A DNA stretch of 32,000 nucleotides from Acutalibacteraceae bacterium. Lineage in GTDB: Bacteria; Bacillota; Clostridia; Oscillospirales; Acutalibacteraceae. Below are positions 16,601 to 23,560 of the stretch, one piece after another. Position 1 is the first letter of the stretch; each line of letters opens with the position of its first letter. The stretch covers positions 358,715-390,714 of the forward strand of contig JAZUQA010000002.1 in the NCBI GenBank assembly GCA_045605425.1, in the 5' to 3' direction. The notes under the pieces are model-generated. The model had not been told where the DNA came from and made no database searches. It saw nothing but the letters and a program-made list of their open reading frames with translations. Position numbers and translations under genes: made by a program.

Positions 16601-17990
16601 TTCCGCATTTACTTCCGTTTCTTAAGATGTTTCTTAATTCACTGAGGGTTCTTTCATCAAAGCCTTTAGGAAAGTCAAATAATACAACCAGTTCAACATT
16701 AAGAGTGTAATCAGGAGTATTTCGTGCATAATCAAATATGTTCTCATACTGGTTACCTAATTTATCTTGCAAAATATTTTCAATTTTCTCATTAAGTTTT
16801 CTTACTTTTTCTACCACTTCATCTTTACTAATATATATTTTTTCTCCGAATAACTCGGGGAGTTTTTTCTTAGCATCAAAAAAAGGAGAAATACTATTGC
16901 CTCTATTTTCTGGGTCAACAATGGTATATGTTAGTTTCTCTACAGGACATGATGATAGAAAGCTATACATCATAGAATGAAGTAAGCTTTGAACTACAGA
17001 ATTATTACTGTTATCATTTTTTATCATCCAAACAGGTGCATTGCGAGTGGATGTCATTATTGGGAATCTTATTGCACCATCATAAATAAGTCTTGAGCAT
17101 TTTTCTTTAATTATCGAGGCTACAATTTTTGACTGAACAAAATATTCAACTGGATACTCAACATAGTACATATTCATAACTTCATCTAAAATTTCGTTAG
17201 ATGAGTTTACTTTGTACACGGATTTTGAGTAGTTTGACATTATTGCAGCTAAATAGTCAACAAACTCATCCGGTAACACATCATCAAGTGATGTGCATAT
17301 TCTATCAGCTACTTTATCAAGAGTTGCGAGATGGTTATTCTCAAAATTGGATATCTCTGTTTTATGTCTTTCTACCATGATTCCGCGCTGCGTGAAGTAT
17401 GTTTCTTTTAATGAGGCAAGATTCTCCTCGGTTATCGGTGGTAAAACTTCTTCAATTTCCTTAACAAAAGCAGCAACTGTATTGCGAAGCACAATTAGTT
17501 CTTCATAATCTTTTTTTCTCTGACTGGAAAAAAGATAATTCAAACCATTTATTAAACCAGGGAGAATATCTTCCGAATACTTTTTGAAAAGCGAATTAAA
17601 AGAAGTCTTGATTTCATCCAATGCAGAGAAATAATCAGAAGTATCTGTATACTTCTCACTTGTAGTGTCAGCTAACAATTCCTCTTTCTTTTTCTTTGTT
17701 TTCACATAATACTTATCAACTTTCGACAATTTCTCATCCAGCTTGTCTATTTCGGAAAGTATTCTTTTTGCATCAGCTATAGTCTGTCTTGATTTTTTCT
17801 GCACATTAGAGCAATTATTCTTGTATGTGCTGTCTAAGCTTGATAAAGCATTACTGTGTTTGTTTAACAGCAGTCTTTTGTCCTTATCATAATTTGTTTG
17901 AGTTGTATTTATCAGTGTTTCAGAAGAATCTGCAAACTTATTCAAATCAGAAACAAGTGCAATTATTTCGCTTTGTGCTAACGCTTTCAT
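13605..17990 (-). CDS. FtsK/SpoIIIE-family (EssC/EccC-like) multi-domain ATPase, apparently soluble (1461 aa)
   Basis: One canonical module: Walker A GATGSGKST, Walker B ILVIMDEFQ, and FGIHLLMATQ. Two upstream paralogous degenerate modules (VDPENRGNSISPFFD..LRNILRNGSKCGIYTLISY and ADCEQRGNSIIPFLD..LTNILRNGNKCGVFTIICY). One downstream degenerate module (LLICGSNERMA, FGIHFVVTS). The N-terminal ~300 aa are coiled-coil-like. No hydrophobic TM stretch or FHA-like region is visible. Confidence 0.85.
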   Translation of the reverse strand: MKALAQSEIIALVSDLNKFADSSETLINTTQTNYDKDKRLLLNKHSNALSSLDSTYKNNCSNVQKKSRQTIADAKRILSEIDKLDEKLSKVDKYYVKTKKKKEELLADTTSEKYTDTSDYFSALDEIKTSFNSLFKKYSEDILPGLINGLNYLFSSQRKKDYEELIVLRNTVAAFVKEIEEVLPPITEENLASLKETYFTQRGIMVERHKTEISNFENNHLATLDKVADRICTSLDDVLPDEFVDYLAAIMSNYSKSVYKVNSSNEILDEVMNMYYVEYPVEYFVQSKIVASIIKEKCSRLIYDGAIRFPIMTSTRNAPVWMIKNDNSNNSVVQSLLHSMMYSFLSSCPVEKLTYTIVDPENRGNSISPFFDAKKKLPELFGEKIYISKDEVVEKVRKLNEKIENILQDKLGNQYENIFDYARNTPDYTLNVELVVLFDFPKGFDERTLSELRNILRNGSKCGIYTLISYLPNFDGSRSREYEQALQSVVDLSTVITQNGENFSLRGLPILYHSMPEKVEFAKFFSKYMLIFEGIKNRGIAFSPLIRKLVDARDSMELDAHIEQICEMMKSYEKAYAQVPEINTLFPSLVTLGNVMYPSDIFSDSIGYQTIVDRFGAEKKSETENSSFVELPLTFDLRNSFNLLLNCPEENNKGMLDFTHHVIWSFLSFMPITKVNVCIADCEQRGNSIIPFLDFRKRSSETFDQKIYTSQEQIYDRLQKINAQIDEFIQEKLGNRYKDILDYNLNTPNRAEPITLLLLYDFPSGMDGRCLDLLTNILRNGNKCGVFTIICYNPNITFSRYESIDERLEQISKYCASIDYKDGHYGLLPYNLQINTPASLSFNTIDSFVKEYVEKSETIKKQGLSFKDIIAEDLFSFESSKSLKIPVGVGDGDSIINITIGEGSSHHGLIAGATGSGKSTLLHTLIMSSMLHYSPEQLHLYLMDFKSGTEFKVYESVKLPHIQLLALDAMQEFGESILENLVAEMEHRGSLFKDAGQTSLKGYTQVTGQALPRILVIMDEFQILFNDSTNRKVAMNCAELTKRIVTEGRAFGIHLLMATQSTKVISDLTLSHGTIEQMRIRIGLKCGENDARYLFSDENDSKALAMMKGPIGTAVMNLDYTEQSNIGFRAAYCDDNTQREYLKLISETYSESPYKLQTFEGGRTTQLSDYFTENSITRTSELPAKIHMGTLIKVAPPFSITIDKKKKHNLLICGSNERMANTVSNNYMISALLNQNATVYCIDGDSLVGDDSSADFYDAISNCSDNFKIASNRGDIINFINEVYQNYQAWKKQNSDDVIFVIIKNLQFLDIVKSMFKGDYIDESEFISEEPEKDIAVDPIAAMNAIANFSSSRGNDDNMSVGEKLLKMIADGSGFGIHFVVTSLEYQTVRECMYYGENILNKFPERIIFSLGANDADNLIENVSVAGLRDNTVYFTDGVKNTFQMKPYITPSANEVKKLFD

Positions 17991-18024
17991 GGTTGTCTTC
18001 CTTTCTTAGGAATTTTTAATTGAA

Positions 18025-19179
18025 TTATTTTTCTTCTAATTCAAAATTACATTTACCTTCACAATCTTTCCCAAACCCAACAACTAATGAAGTGGTAACC
18101 TGTAACGGATAACTGAAAATTTCTACCATTTCACCGCCTATGGCAGGGTCACTTGTATTGCAAATAAGTGTATATTGTTTAAGATTGTTTAACAGACGAG
18201 GAATATACTCTTCGTTGTTAGAATTTAAAATGTCAATAATAAGTTTTATTCCTATACTTGTTATAAAGTTAATATCAACGGAAATACCAGGTTCAAATTT
18301 TACGCTCTCAACATTTTCTTGATTTGAATATACGTGATGATTTGCTTCAACACGACCTGAAAGGTCACCACTACCCAATGCACACTTATAACAAGGCATG
18401 TTTTTGTTGGGAAGGTGATAAAAAATTTCTCCAGCATACGCTCTTTCCCAAAATCCGATAGATATAAAAGCTGCGTCAAAATAAATTGCGATTTTATTTG
18501 CATAAACATCAGCTGTTCTGTTATCTCCACAACCGACAAATATTGTCTCAAAAGGAACGCACATCTTATCAAGAATATCCTTGGGAATATTCTGAATAAT
18601 TCCGCCAAAAGTCTTAATATTTGCTTTTGGATTAATATTCAAAATCTTTCTTTTAAGTGCATTTACCTTTAAATCTCCAACATCTTCAATGCCACATTGA
18701 TGGCGACATACATTGTGGTACTCAAGAGTGTCTGCATCACATAAAACATACTTTTCAACACCTGCTCGGGCCAATTCCATAGCAACTAAACTGCCAACAG
18801 AACCACAACCGATAATTACAGCACATTTTTTCTTCATAATATCTGTTTCAAGAATACCTTTATTTCTTGAAAAAATGCTCTGATATAAACCATACGATTC
18901 GGTTATTACTTTCTCTCCACACCAAAAGAATTCGATACTTTCATTAGTAATTACACCACAGAAACCATCAATGACAGGGGCACTATCTTCAGGAAGAATA
19001 TCACCAAGATACTCACCTTTGTCGGATAATTCATTGGGAAACACATTGAAAATTCCAGTATCTTCAAAGTATTTACCATATAATTTCATACACTGTTTAT
19101 TGTGCAGTTGTTCTTCGGAAATAAAAACGGTAAGAGGGATATCTTCACCAAAGAAATTTTTAGGGCGCTTAATATTCAT
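18025..19179 (-). CDS. E1-like (ThiF/MoeB/UBA-type) adenylyltransferase
   Basis: Rossmann motif AVIIGCGSVGSLVAMELARAGV, then LCDADTLEYHNVCRHQ (the D.D....N..RQ signature) and PCYKC. ATG at 19179 lies 4 nt after the JAB stop. An extra domain of about 110 aa sits at the N-terminus. Confidence 0.8.
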   Translation of the reverse strand: MNIKRPKNFFGEDIPLTVFISEEQLHNKQCMKLYGKYFEDTGIFNVFPNELSDKGEYLGDILPEDSAPVIDGFCGVITNESIEFFWCGEKVITESYGLYQSIFSRNKGILETDIMKKKCAVIIGCGSVGSLVAMELARAGVEKYVLCDADTLEYHNVCRHQCGIEDVGDLKVNALKRKILNINPKANIKTFGGIIQNIPKDILDKMCVPFETIFVGCGDNRTADVYANKIAIYFDAAFISIGFWERAYAGEIFYHLPNKNMPCYKCALGSGDLSGRVEANHHVYSNQENVESVKFEPGISVDINFITSIGIKLIIDILNSNNEEYIPRLLNNLKQYTLICNTSDPAIGGEMVEIFSYPLQVTTSLVVGFGKDCEGKCNFELEEK

Positions 19180-19183
19180 ATAA

Positions 19184-20188
19184 TCAGTCCTCGTTTCTGT
19201 TAAATCTAATAATTTTAATAACAGAGTCAACAACTCCGGATTGCTTTCTTGCTTTTATTTTTATACCGCTGTCTTTTTCACGTTCAGCTTTTGCTCTACC
19301 ATATGCTTCGGTAAAAAGACCTCTTTGATACTTATAGCATTTATTATCATAGGAAAGCGTAATACTTTCATCATCAACAATTAACATAAAGTACAACTTT
19401 GTTGTTTTATCAATAGTTTCTTGATAAACTGTAAGATAGTTGTTTTCAAGTGAAATAGCAGTTTCAATGTTAAGTGTCTCTGCCATAAAGGTTAAATCAT
19501 CTACGATTTCATCAATTAAGTCTTCTTGGATCTCCTCATTAACAGGTGACTCACTTGTTTGTATTTCTGAACACTCATAATCTTTTAATTTCGGTAAGAT
19601 GAATTTCATAAATGATTCCAAACTTACTGATTTATGGTATCCATCATTAATATTTCTGGTTCTATTCGATGAACCAAGAAGATTCTCCATAATAGTGCCA
19701 AAACGTTCTTGTGTTTTAAATTTCAGTAGATCATCTGGAATTAAATTATCTCCAACATCATATTCGATTTTTTTATACCTACAGGGGTAAGCAACATGAT
19801 ACATTGTGATTCTAAAGTTAGGGTCAATATTTACCAATGCGGAAATCGCACCTTCATTTCGCATAGAAGCATATTTGAAGTTTGTACCATCATCAGTTGA
19901 TGAGAACTGGTCAAAAGACCCCGGGTGACGATGCCACAAGCCTATCAATGTAAGTTGCTTGTCATACAAATTAGCTATTTTGTTTATCAAATGTTGCGTA
20001 TATTTTTGATCATATTCAAAATAAGCAACCTCAAAAACTGATTTTGGGCCGGGGTCTATAGCTTCAATTATGTACCACGTATCATCTTGCACGGTTCCTA
20101 AAAACAAACCACCGGTTTCTGTTTTAATTTTTTCAGTTGTTTCTGCCAAAACAGAGGTGTATGCTCTATTTGAAAAAACTACTCTCAT
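19184..20188 (-). CDS. JAB/MPN+ (JAMM) metalloisopeptidase with an unknown C-terminal domain
   Basis: ETGGLFLG (Glu) plus LWHRHPGSFDQFSSTD, which equals H-x-H-x7-S-x2-D. GGAGG RBS before ATG 20188; the upstream alternative start in the ORF track is unlikely. Confidence 0.85.
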   Translation of the reverse strand: MRVVFSNRAYTSVLAETTEKIKTETGGLFLGTVQDDTWYIIEAIDPGPKSVFEVAYFEYDQKYTQHLINKIANLYDKQLTLIGLWHRHPGSFDQFSSTDDGTNFKYASMRNEGAISALVNIDPNFRITMYHVAYPCRYKKIEYDVGDNLIPDDLLKFKTQERFGTIMENLLGSSNRTRNINDGYHKSVSLESFMKFILPKLKDYECSEIQTSESPVNEEIQEDLIDEIVDDLTFMAETLNIETAISLENNYLTVYQETIDKTTKLYFMLIVDDESITLSYDNKCYKYQRGLFTEAYGRAKAEREKDSGIKIKARKQSGVVDSVIKIIRFNRNED

Positions 20189-20266
20189 ATTATTAAACCT
20201 CCAGCCTAAAAGTAAAACCTCCAAACTCTCATATACTTAGCAAGAGAGTTTGAAGGTTTAGTAATT

Positions 20267-20821
20267 TTAATAATTACCTTCCATTGCGACATCGTCGCCG
20301 ATTTCACCGTTTAACCACATCTCGCAAAGAATAATCCACTTGCAAGCCCAACTCAATGCTGAAGCAGCAGAAGTAGACTGTGTCTTATCTCCTTTAAAAT
20401 ACTTCGGGTCAGCGGTACAAATAAAATATTCTTCATTACGCCCGAAATGATCTTTATAGATGTGTGGAAGACCAAGTCCAAATCCTCTGCGACAAACTTC
20501 ATCATAGTTATTGTTATAAGTATCCATAACAATAGGCATCATTTTGTCAGCTACATCTTTAAGTCTTGGACTAAGTGGAAGGATTTGGACAGTTCCACCA
20601 TACTCATATTCACTGCCAACATGAGGATGTGAATTTTTATAAATAAGCATTATATCCCACACCATGCCACCAGCTCCGGTAGGCTGAACCTTTCCTCTCC
20701 AATATAATCTACCAGAACCATCCTGCAACTGGTTTATGGTAAATGAAGGGAAGAATTTTTTCATTGCGGCAACTTCCATCTGATAAAGTTGAGGGTCACT
20801 TTGATACCAATAATAAGCCAT
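20267..20821 (-). CDS. E2-like (UBC-fold) protein, prokaryotic type
   Basis: N-terminal helix, then RLYWRGKVQP...VWDIMLIYKNSHP (E2-like beta-meander). LPHIYKDHFGRNEEYFIC resembles an HPN-type loop followed by the catalytic Cys. The gene sits directly before JAB and E1. Confidence 0.55.
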   Translation of the reverse strand: MAYYWYQSDPQLYQMEVAAMKKFFPSFTINQLQDGSGRLYWRGKVQPTGAGGMVWDIMLIYKNSHPHVGSEYEYGGTVQILPLSPRLKDVADKMMPIVMDTYNNNYDEVCRRGFGLGLPHIYKDHFGRNEEYFICTADPKYFKGDKTQSTSAASALSWACKWIILCEMWLNGEIGDDVAMEGNY

Positions 20822-20832
20822 CGTGTGCCTCC

Positions 20833-21006
20833 TTATGCCAATTTTCCATCAGGAACCTGAATTCCTGAAAGTCCCTGGTCCATAGCATCATCTTTCTTTT
20901 CGACTTCACCACTTGCTGTAACCACAACAGGTTCACCTGTACGTAAAGCTTCAGCCAATGCTCTTCTTCTTGCAGCAACAGCATCATTGTTTACATTGTT
21001 ATCCAT
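20833..21006 (-). CDS. small protein (57 aa, below ORF-track cutoff) in the position a Ubl gene occupies in Bil-type operons
   Basis: GGAGGT RBS 9 nt before ATG 21006. Translation: MDNNVNNDAVAARRRALAEALRTGEPVVVTASGEVEKKDDAMDQGLSGIQVPDGKLA. Stop TAA at 20835-20833, 11 nt before the E2-like start. Confidence 0.55.
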   Translation of the reverse strand: MDNNVNNDAVAARRRALAEALRTGEPVVVTASGEVEKKDDAMDQGLSGIQVPDGKLA

Positions 21007-21030
21007 TTTTATATACCTCCAACACGAATA

Positions 21031-21918
21031 TTATGCAGCGTTATTTCCTGTAGCTGAAAAGCTTCTAATAATTTCACCGTTTTCATTAATTGAAGCAACA
21101 CAGCCTCTAAGAACAGCTTCTGCTCCTTCTTCGCCCTTTTCCTGAACCATACGGGCATAAGAGTTATCAGCAAGTTCGCTCTTCTGATTAAGAAGTGTTT
21201 CAAGATCAACACCTCTGTTCTGATTACGAATCATTGTGTATTCCATATAGTCAGCCATCTGCTGGAGAGCAGCTTGGTCTGATTCAATAAAGCCGGAAGT
21301 TCTCTTAATATAAATAATGTATTCAATTGTATTCTTTACAGTATAGTAGAAGCTCTGAACTATAAGTTTTAAAATTCCCCAAATGATTGAGAGAACTGTG
21401 AGGAATCCGAACTGACCAGAAATAGCGATTTTGATTACGTCCCAAAGTAATGAGAAGAAATATTTTGCTGCGCTTAAGAATACGCCACCAATACCGGCAC
21501 CAACAAGGCCCATCATTGCAGCACTACCTGCATCTCCGCTTTCTGCTCCGAGGATTATACCTATAATCAATCCGGTAACTATACCAACAAGAGATACAAT
21601 AAACTGGAACATAATTTTCGCTTTATTTTTCTTAAGGTCTTCAACGTTTGCTGCAACTAATTGCTGACAGCAGTCATAACAAATGGCTTTATTCTTATAC
21701 TGGTCATCATTTACACCATAGTTATCAAAACAATCTTGACATATGTATTTGCCACATCTTGCACATTTAGCTACTGCAGGTTCATCTTTGTGATAGTAAC
21801 ATGCAGGGCCATTGAATGACGGTTTTGCATTTGCAGGCGGAGTGAATGTGGGTGTTGGGGGTGTAAAGGTAGGAACAGCATCAGTTCCTGCATTAGTTTT
21901 CATTTGCTCGTTATCCAT
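21031..21918 (-). CDS. Membrane protein: Pro-rich N-terminus, B-box/zinc-ribbon Cys cluster, about 3 TM helices, cytoplasmic tail
   Basis: CYYHKDEPAVAKCARCGKYICQDCF...AICYDCC. Hydrophobic helices IMFQFIVSLVGIVTGLIIGIILGA, MMGLVGAGIGGVFLSAA and FLTVLSIIWGILKLIV. AGGAGG RBS. Besides the distal M48 peptidase, this is the only polytopic membrane protein of the operon. Confidence 0.7.
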   Translation of the reverse strand: MDNEQMKTNAGTDAVPTFTPPTPTFTPPANAKPSFNGPACYYHKDEPAVAKCARCGKYICQDCFDNYGVNDDQYKNKAICYDCCQQLVAANVEDLKKNKAKIMFQFIVSLVGIVTGLIIGIILGAESGDAGSAAMMGLVGAGIGGVFLSAAKYFFSLLWDVIKIAISGQFGFLTVLSIIWGILKLIVQSFYYTVKNTIEYIIYIKRTSGFIESDQAALQQMADYMEYTMIRNQNRGVDLETLLNQKSELADNSYARMVQEKGEEGAEAVLRGCVASINENGEIIRSFSATGNNAA

Positions 21919-21955
21919 GTTTTTATCCTCCTAATTAATTAACCTTAGTTACAGG

Positions 21956-22225
21956 TTAAAATTTAACTTTGTTGTACTGGTCTAAAGATTGAGCCAGTTT
22001 TTCTAATTTAGGCAAAGCTGCATTTAAAGTATCAATAGGTGTTGCTGTTAATCTAGCTATTTGCTGCATTAACATATTGAACTGAGCAGCTTTAGCATCA
22101 TCCCAATTAGATGTTGCAGACATTCCCGATTTGATACCACTACTTATTCTTTCAATATCACGAATGGTATTGGAAATATCTTTTTTCATTTCCCTGATTG
22201 TTTCAGGAGAGGCTTTTACTGCCAT
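21956..22225 (-). CDS. WXG100-like small helical protein (89 aa)
   Basis: AAGGAGG RBS. Central NWDDAKAAQF (W-x-D) and C-terminal DQYNKVKF-stop. Paralogous to the other W-x-D proteins in the operon. Confidence 0.7.
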   Translation of the reverse strand: MAVKASPETIREMKKDISNTIRDIERISSGIKSGMSATSNWDDAKAAQFNMLMQQIARLTATPIDTLNAALPKLEKLAQSLDQYNKVKF

Positions 22226-22238
22226 TTAAATACCTCCT

Positions 22239-22520
22239 TTAAAAATTAACATTTTCGTATTCGCCTACAGCCTGTAGTAAATCGTTAAGTTTTACCATAC
22301 ATTCCTGAAGTTCGGAAATCGGTTTTGTTAATGCACTACAGCATTCTTCAACGATACCACCTAAAGCAGCGTATTTTTGGTCTTTCCAACCACCAGAACC
22401 TGCTTGTTGATAACTTCGCTGTAAACTACGTGATGCTGATTCCAACTCGTGAATTGATGTTTTGCAACAACCAATGCCACCTTGTATAGCAGCGCTTTCA
22501 ACAGATACACCACTTGCCAT
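22239..22520 (-). CDS. WXG100-like small helical protein (93 aa), stand-alone copy of the toxin N-terminal domain
   Basis: AGGAGG RBS before ATG 22520; the ORF track extends to 22574. GGWKDQKYAALGGIVEECCSAL and a C-terminal GEYENVNF-stop align with the toxin N-domains. Confidence 0.7.
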   Translation of the reverse strand: MASGVSVESAAIQGGIGCCKTSIHELESASRSLQRSYQQAGSGGWKDQKYAALGGIVEECCSALTKPISELQECMVKLNDLLQAVGEYENVNF

Positions 22521-22574
22521 TTTTGGAAACCTCCTGACTTGATTTTTATATTGCAAGGCTTTCGCCCAAAACAA

Positions 22575-23321
22575 TTACAAAGACGTACTCAAATACTCTT
22601 CAATACTTGAGATGCAATTATCTATAGCACTCTTGTTGCCCTGTGCTTTTTCTGATGAATTGCTCTCAAATTTTTTTGTCGCAGCTGTATATGCAGACAA
22701 ATCGCTCTCAACTCTATTGAAAGTTGATTTCATTCTTTCTAGTTTAACCTTAATTTTATTGCATCTGTTTTTTTGTATAGCTCGTTCATTTTCGCATTGT
22801 GATTTTTTTGACTTACAGTCTGATATTTCTTTTTGTAGTTGTTGTTTCTTTTCCTCTGAATGTCTGACTTCATCTTCCAATTGTTCACACCGCATTTCAC
22901 ACTGAGATACCTGTTGCTCCAATGCATTTATTTGCTCTTGAATTGCTTGTCTCGTTTCATCGTCTTCTGTTTCCGCAAGACGAGCACGTAAAGAAGCTAT
23001 CTGTGAATTCAAAGAAATTATTTGTTGTCTTAAAGTGGCAATATTATTTTTGATTTGGGGTATCCTTTTTATTAAAGAATTATATTCATTAGTTGCTTGA
23101 TTTGCTTTTAATTCGAGTTGCTCGATTTGCTTGCTTAATTCTTCTATTTCACGCTCTAATTGTGTGATTTCTCCTTTTGTTCTATTAATTTGTATCTTAC
23201 ACTCCGACGTTACACTGTCAGCCTGATTAGTTGCTCTTAATGAGATGCCGTTTATATCTGTTTGAAAAGTAGATAACGCATCTTTAACTGTCTTTAATGC
23301 TTCTGTTGATACATCTACCAT
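22575..23321 (-). CDS. Cys-rich coiled-coil protein (248 aa)
   Basis: Long heptad-like Q/E/L-rich sequence. The N-terminal helix VDVSTEALKTVKDALSTFQTDINGI resembles the toxin N-termini. Nine Cys residues are scattered in the coil. Confidence 0.65.
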   Translation of the reverse strand: MVDVSTEALKTVKDALSTFQTDINGISLRATNQADSVTSECKIQINRTKGEITQLEREIEELSKQIEQLELKANQATNEYNSLIKRIPQIKNNIATLRQQIISLNSQIASLRARLAETEDDETRQAIQEQINALEQQVSQCEMRCEQLEDEVRHSEEKKQQLQKEISDCKSKKSQCENERAIQKNRCNKIKVKLERMKSTFNRVESDLSAYTAATKKFESNSSEKAQGNKSAIDNCISSIEEYLSTSL

Positions 23322-23331
23322 AGTAAAGCTC

Positions 23332-23559
23332 CTAATATTTTTCTGATGCTATTTTCTCAAACTTTTCGATTGAAGAACAACATCTGTCCGCAGTGACCAT
23401 AACATCTTTTGATTGATTTGCAATCTCAGTTATAGAAGAGGATAATTCAGCATATTTTTCATCCTTCCATATAGCCGAAGCCTTTGAAATTCCTGTACTT
23501 AGCTTTTTTATTGAAGATTGAAAAACATGCATTTCTTTTCTGATATTTGCGTATCCCAT
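23332..23559 (-). CDS. WXG100-like small helical protein (75 aa; alternative GTG start at 23571)
   Basis: GGTGAG RBS before ATG 23559. Contains IWKDEKYAEL (W-x-D-x-K-Y), a vicinal CC, and ends ...KIASEKY. Confidence 0.65.
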   Translation of the reverse strand: MGYANIRKEMHVFQSSIKKLSTGISKASAIWKDEKYAELSSSITEIANQSKDVMVTADRCCSSIEKFEKIASEKY

Positions 23560-23560
23560 A

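Noticed and set aside
20833-21006. Calling the 57-aa ORF a ubiquitin-like protein
   Set aside because: It is too short for a typical beta-grasp fold. The predicted N-terminal helix and acidic tail do not look Ubl-like, and there is no terminal Gly-Gly. Only its position matches a Ubl gene.
20796-21212. ORF-track entries 20796..20987 and 21009..21212 (minus strand)
   Set aside because: They lie in alternative frames overlapping better-supported genes (the RBS-preceded 57-aa ORF and the 3' end of the membrane protein). They lack an RBS and have an odd composition.
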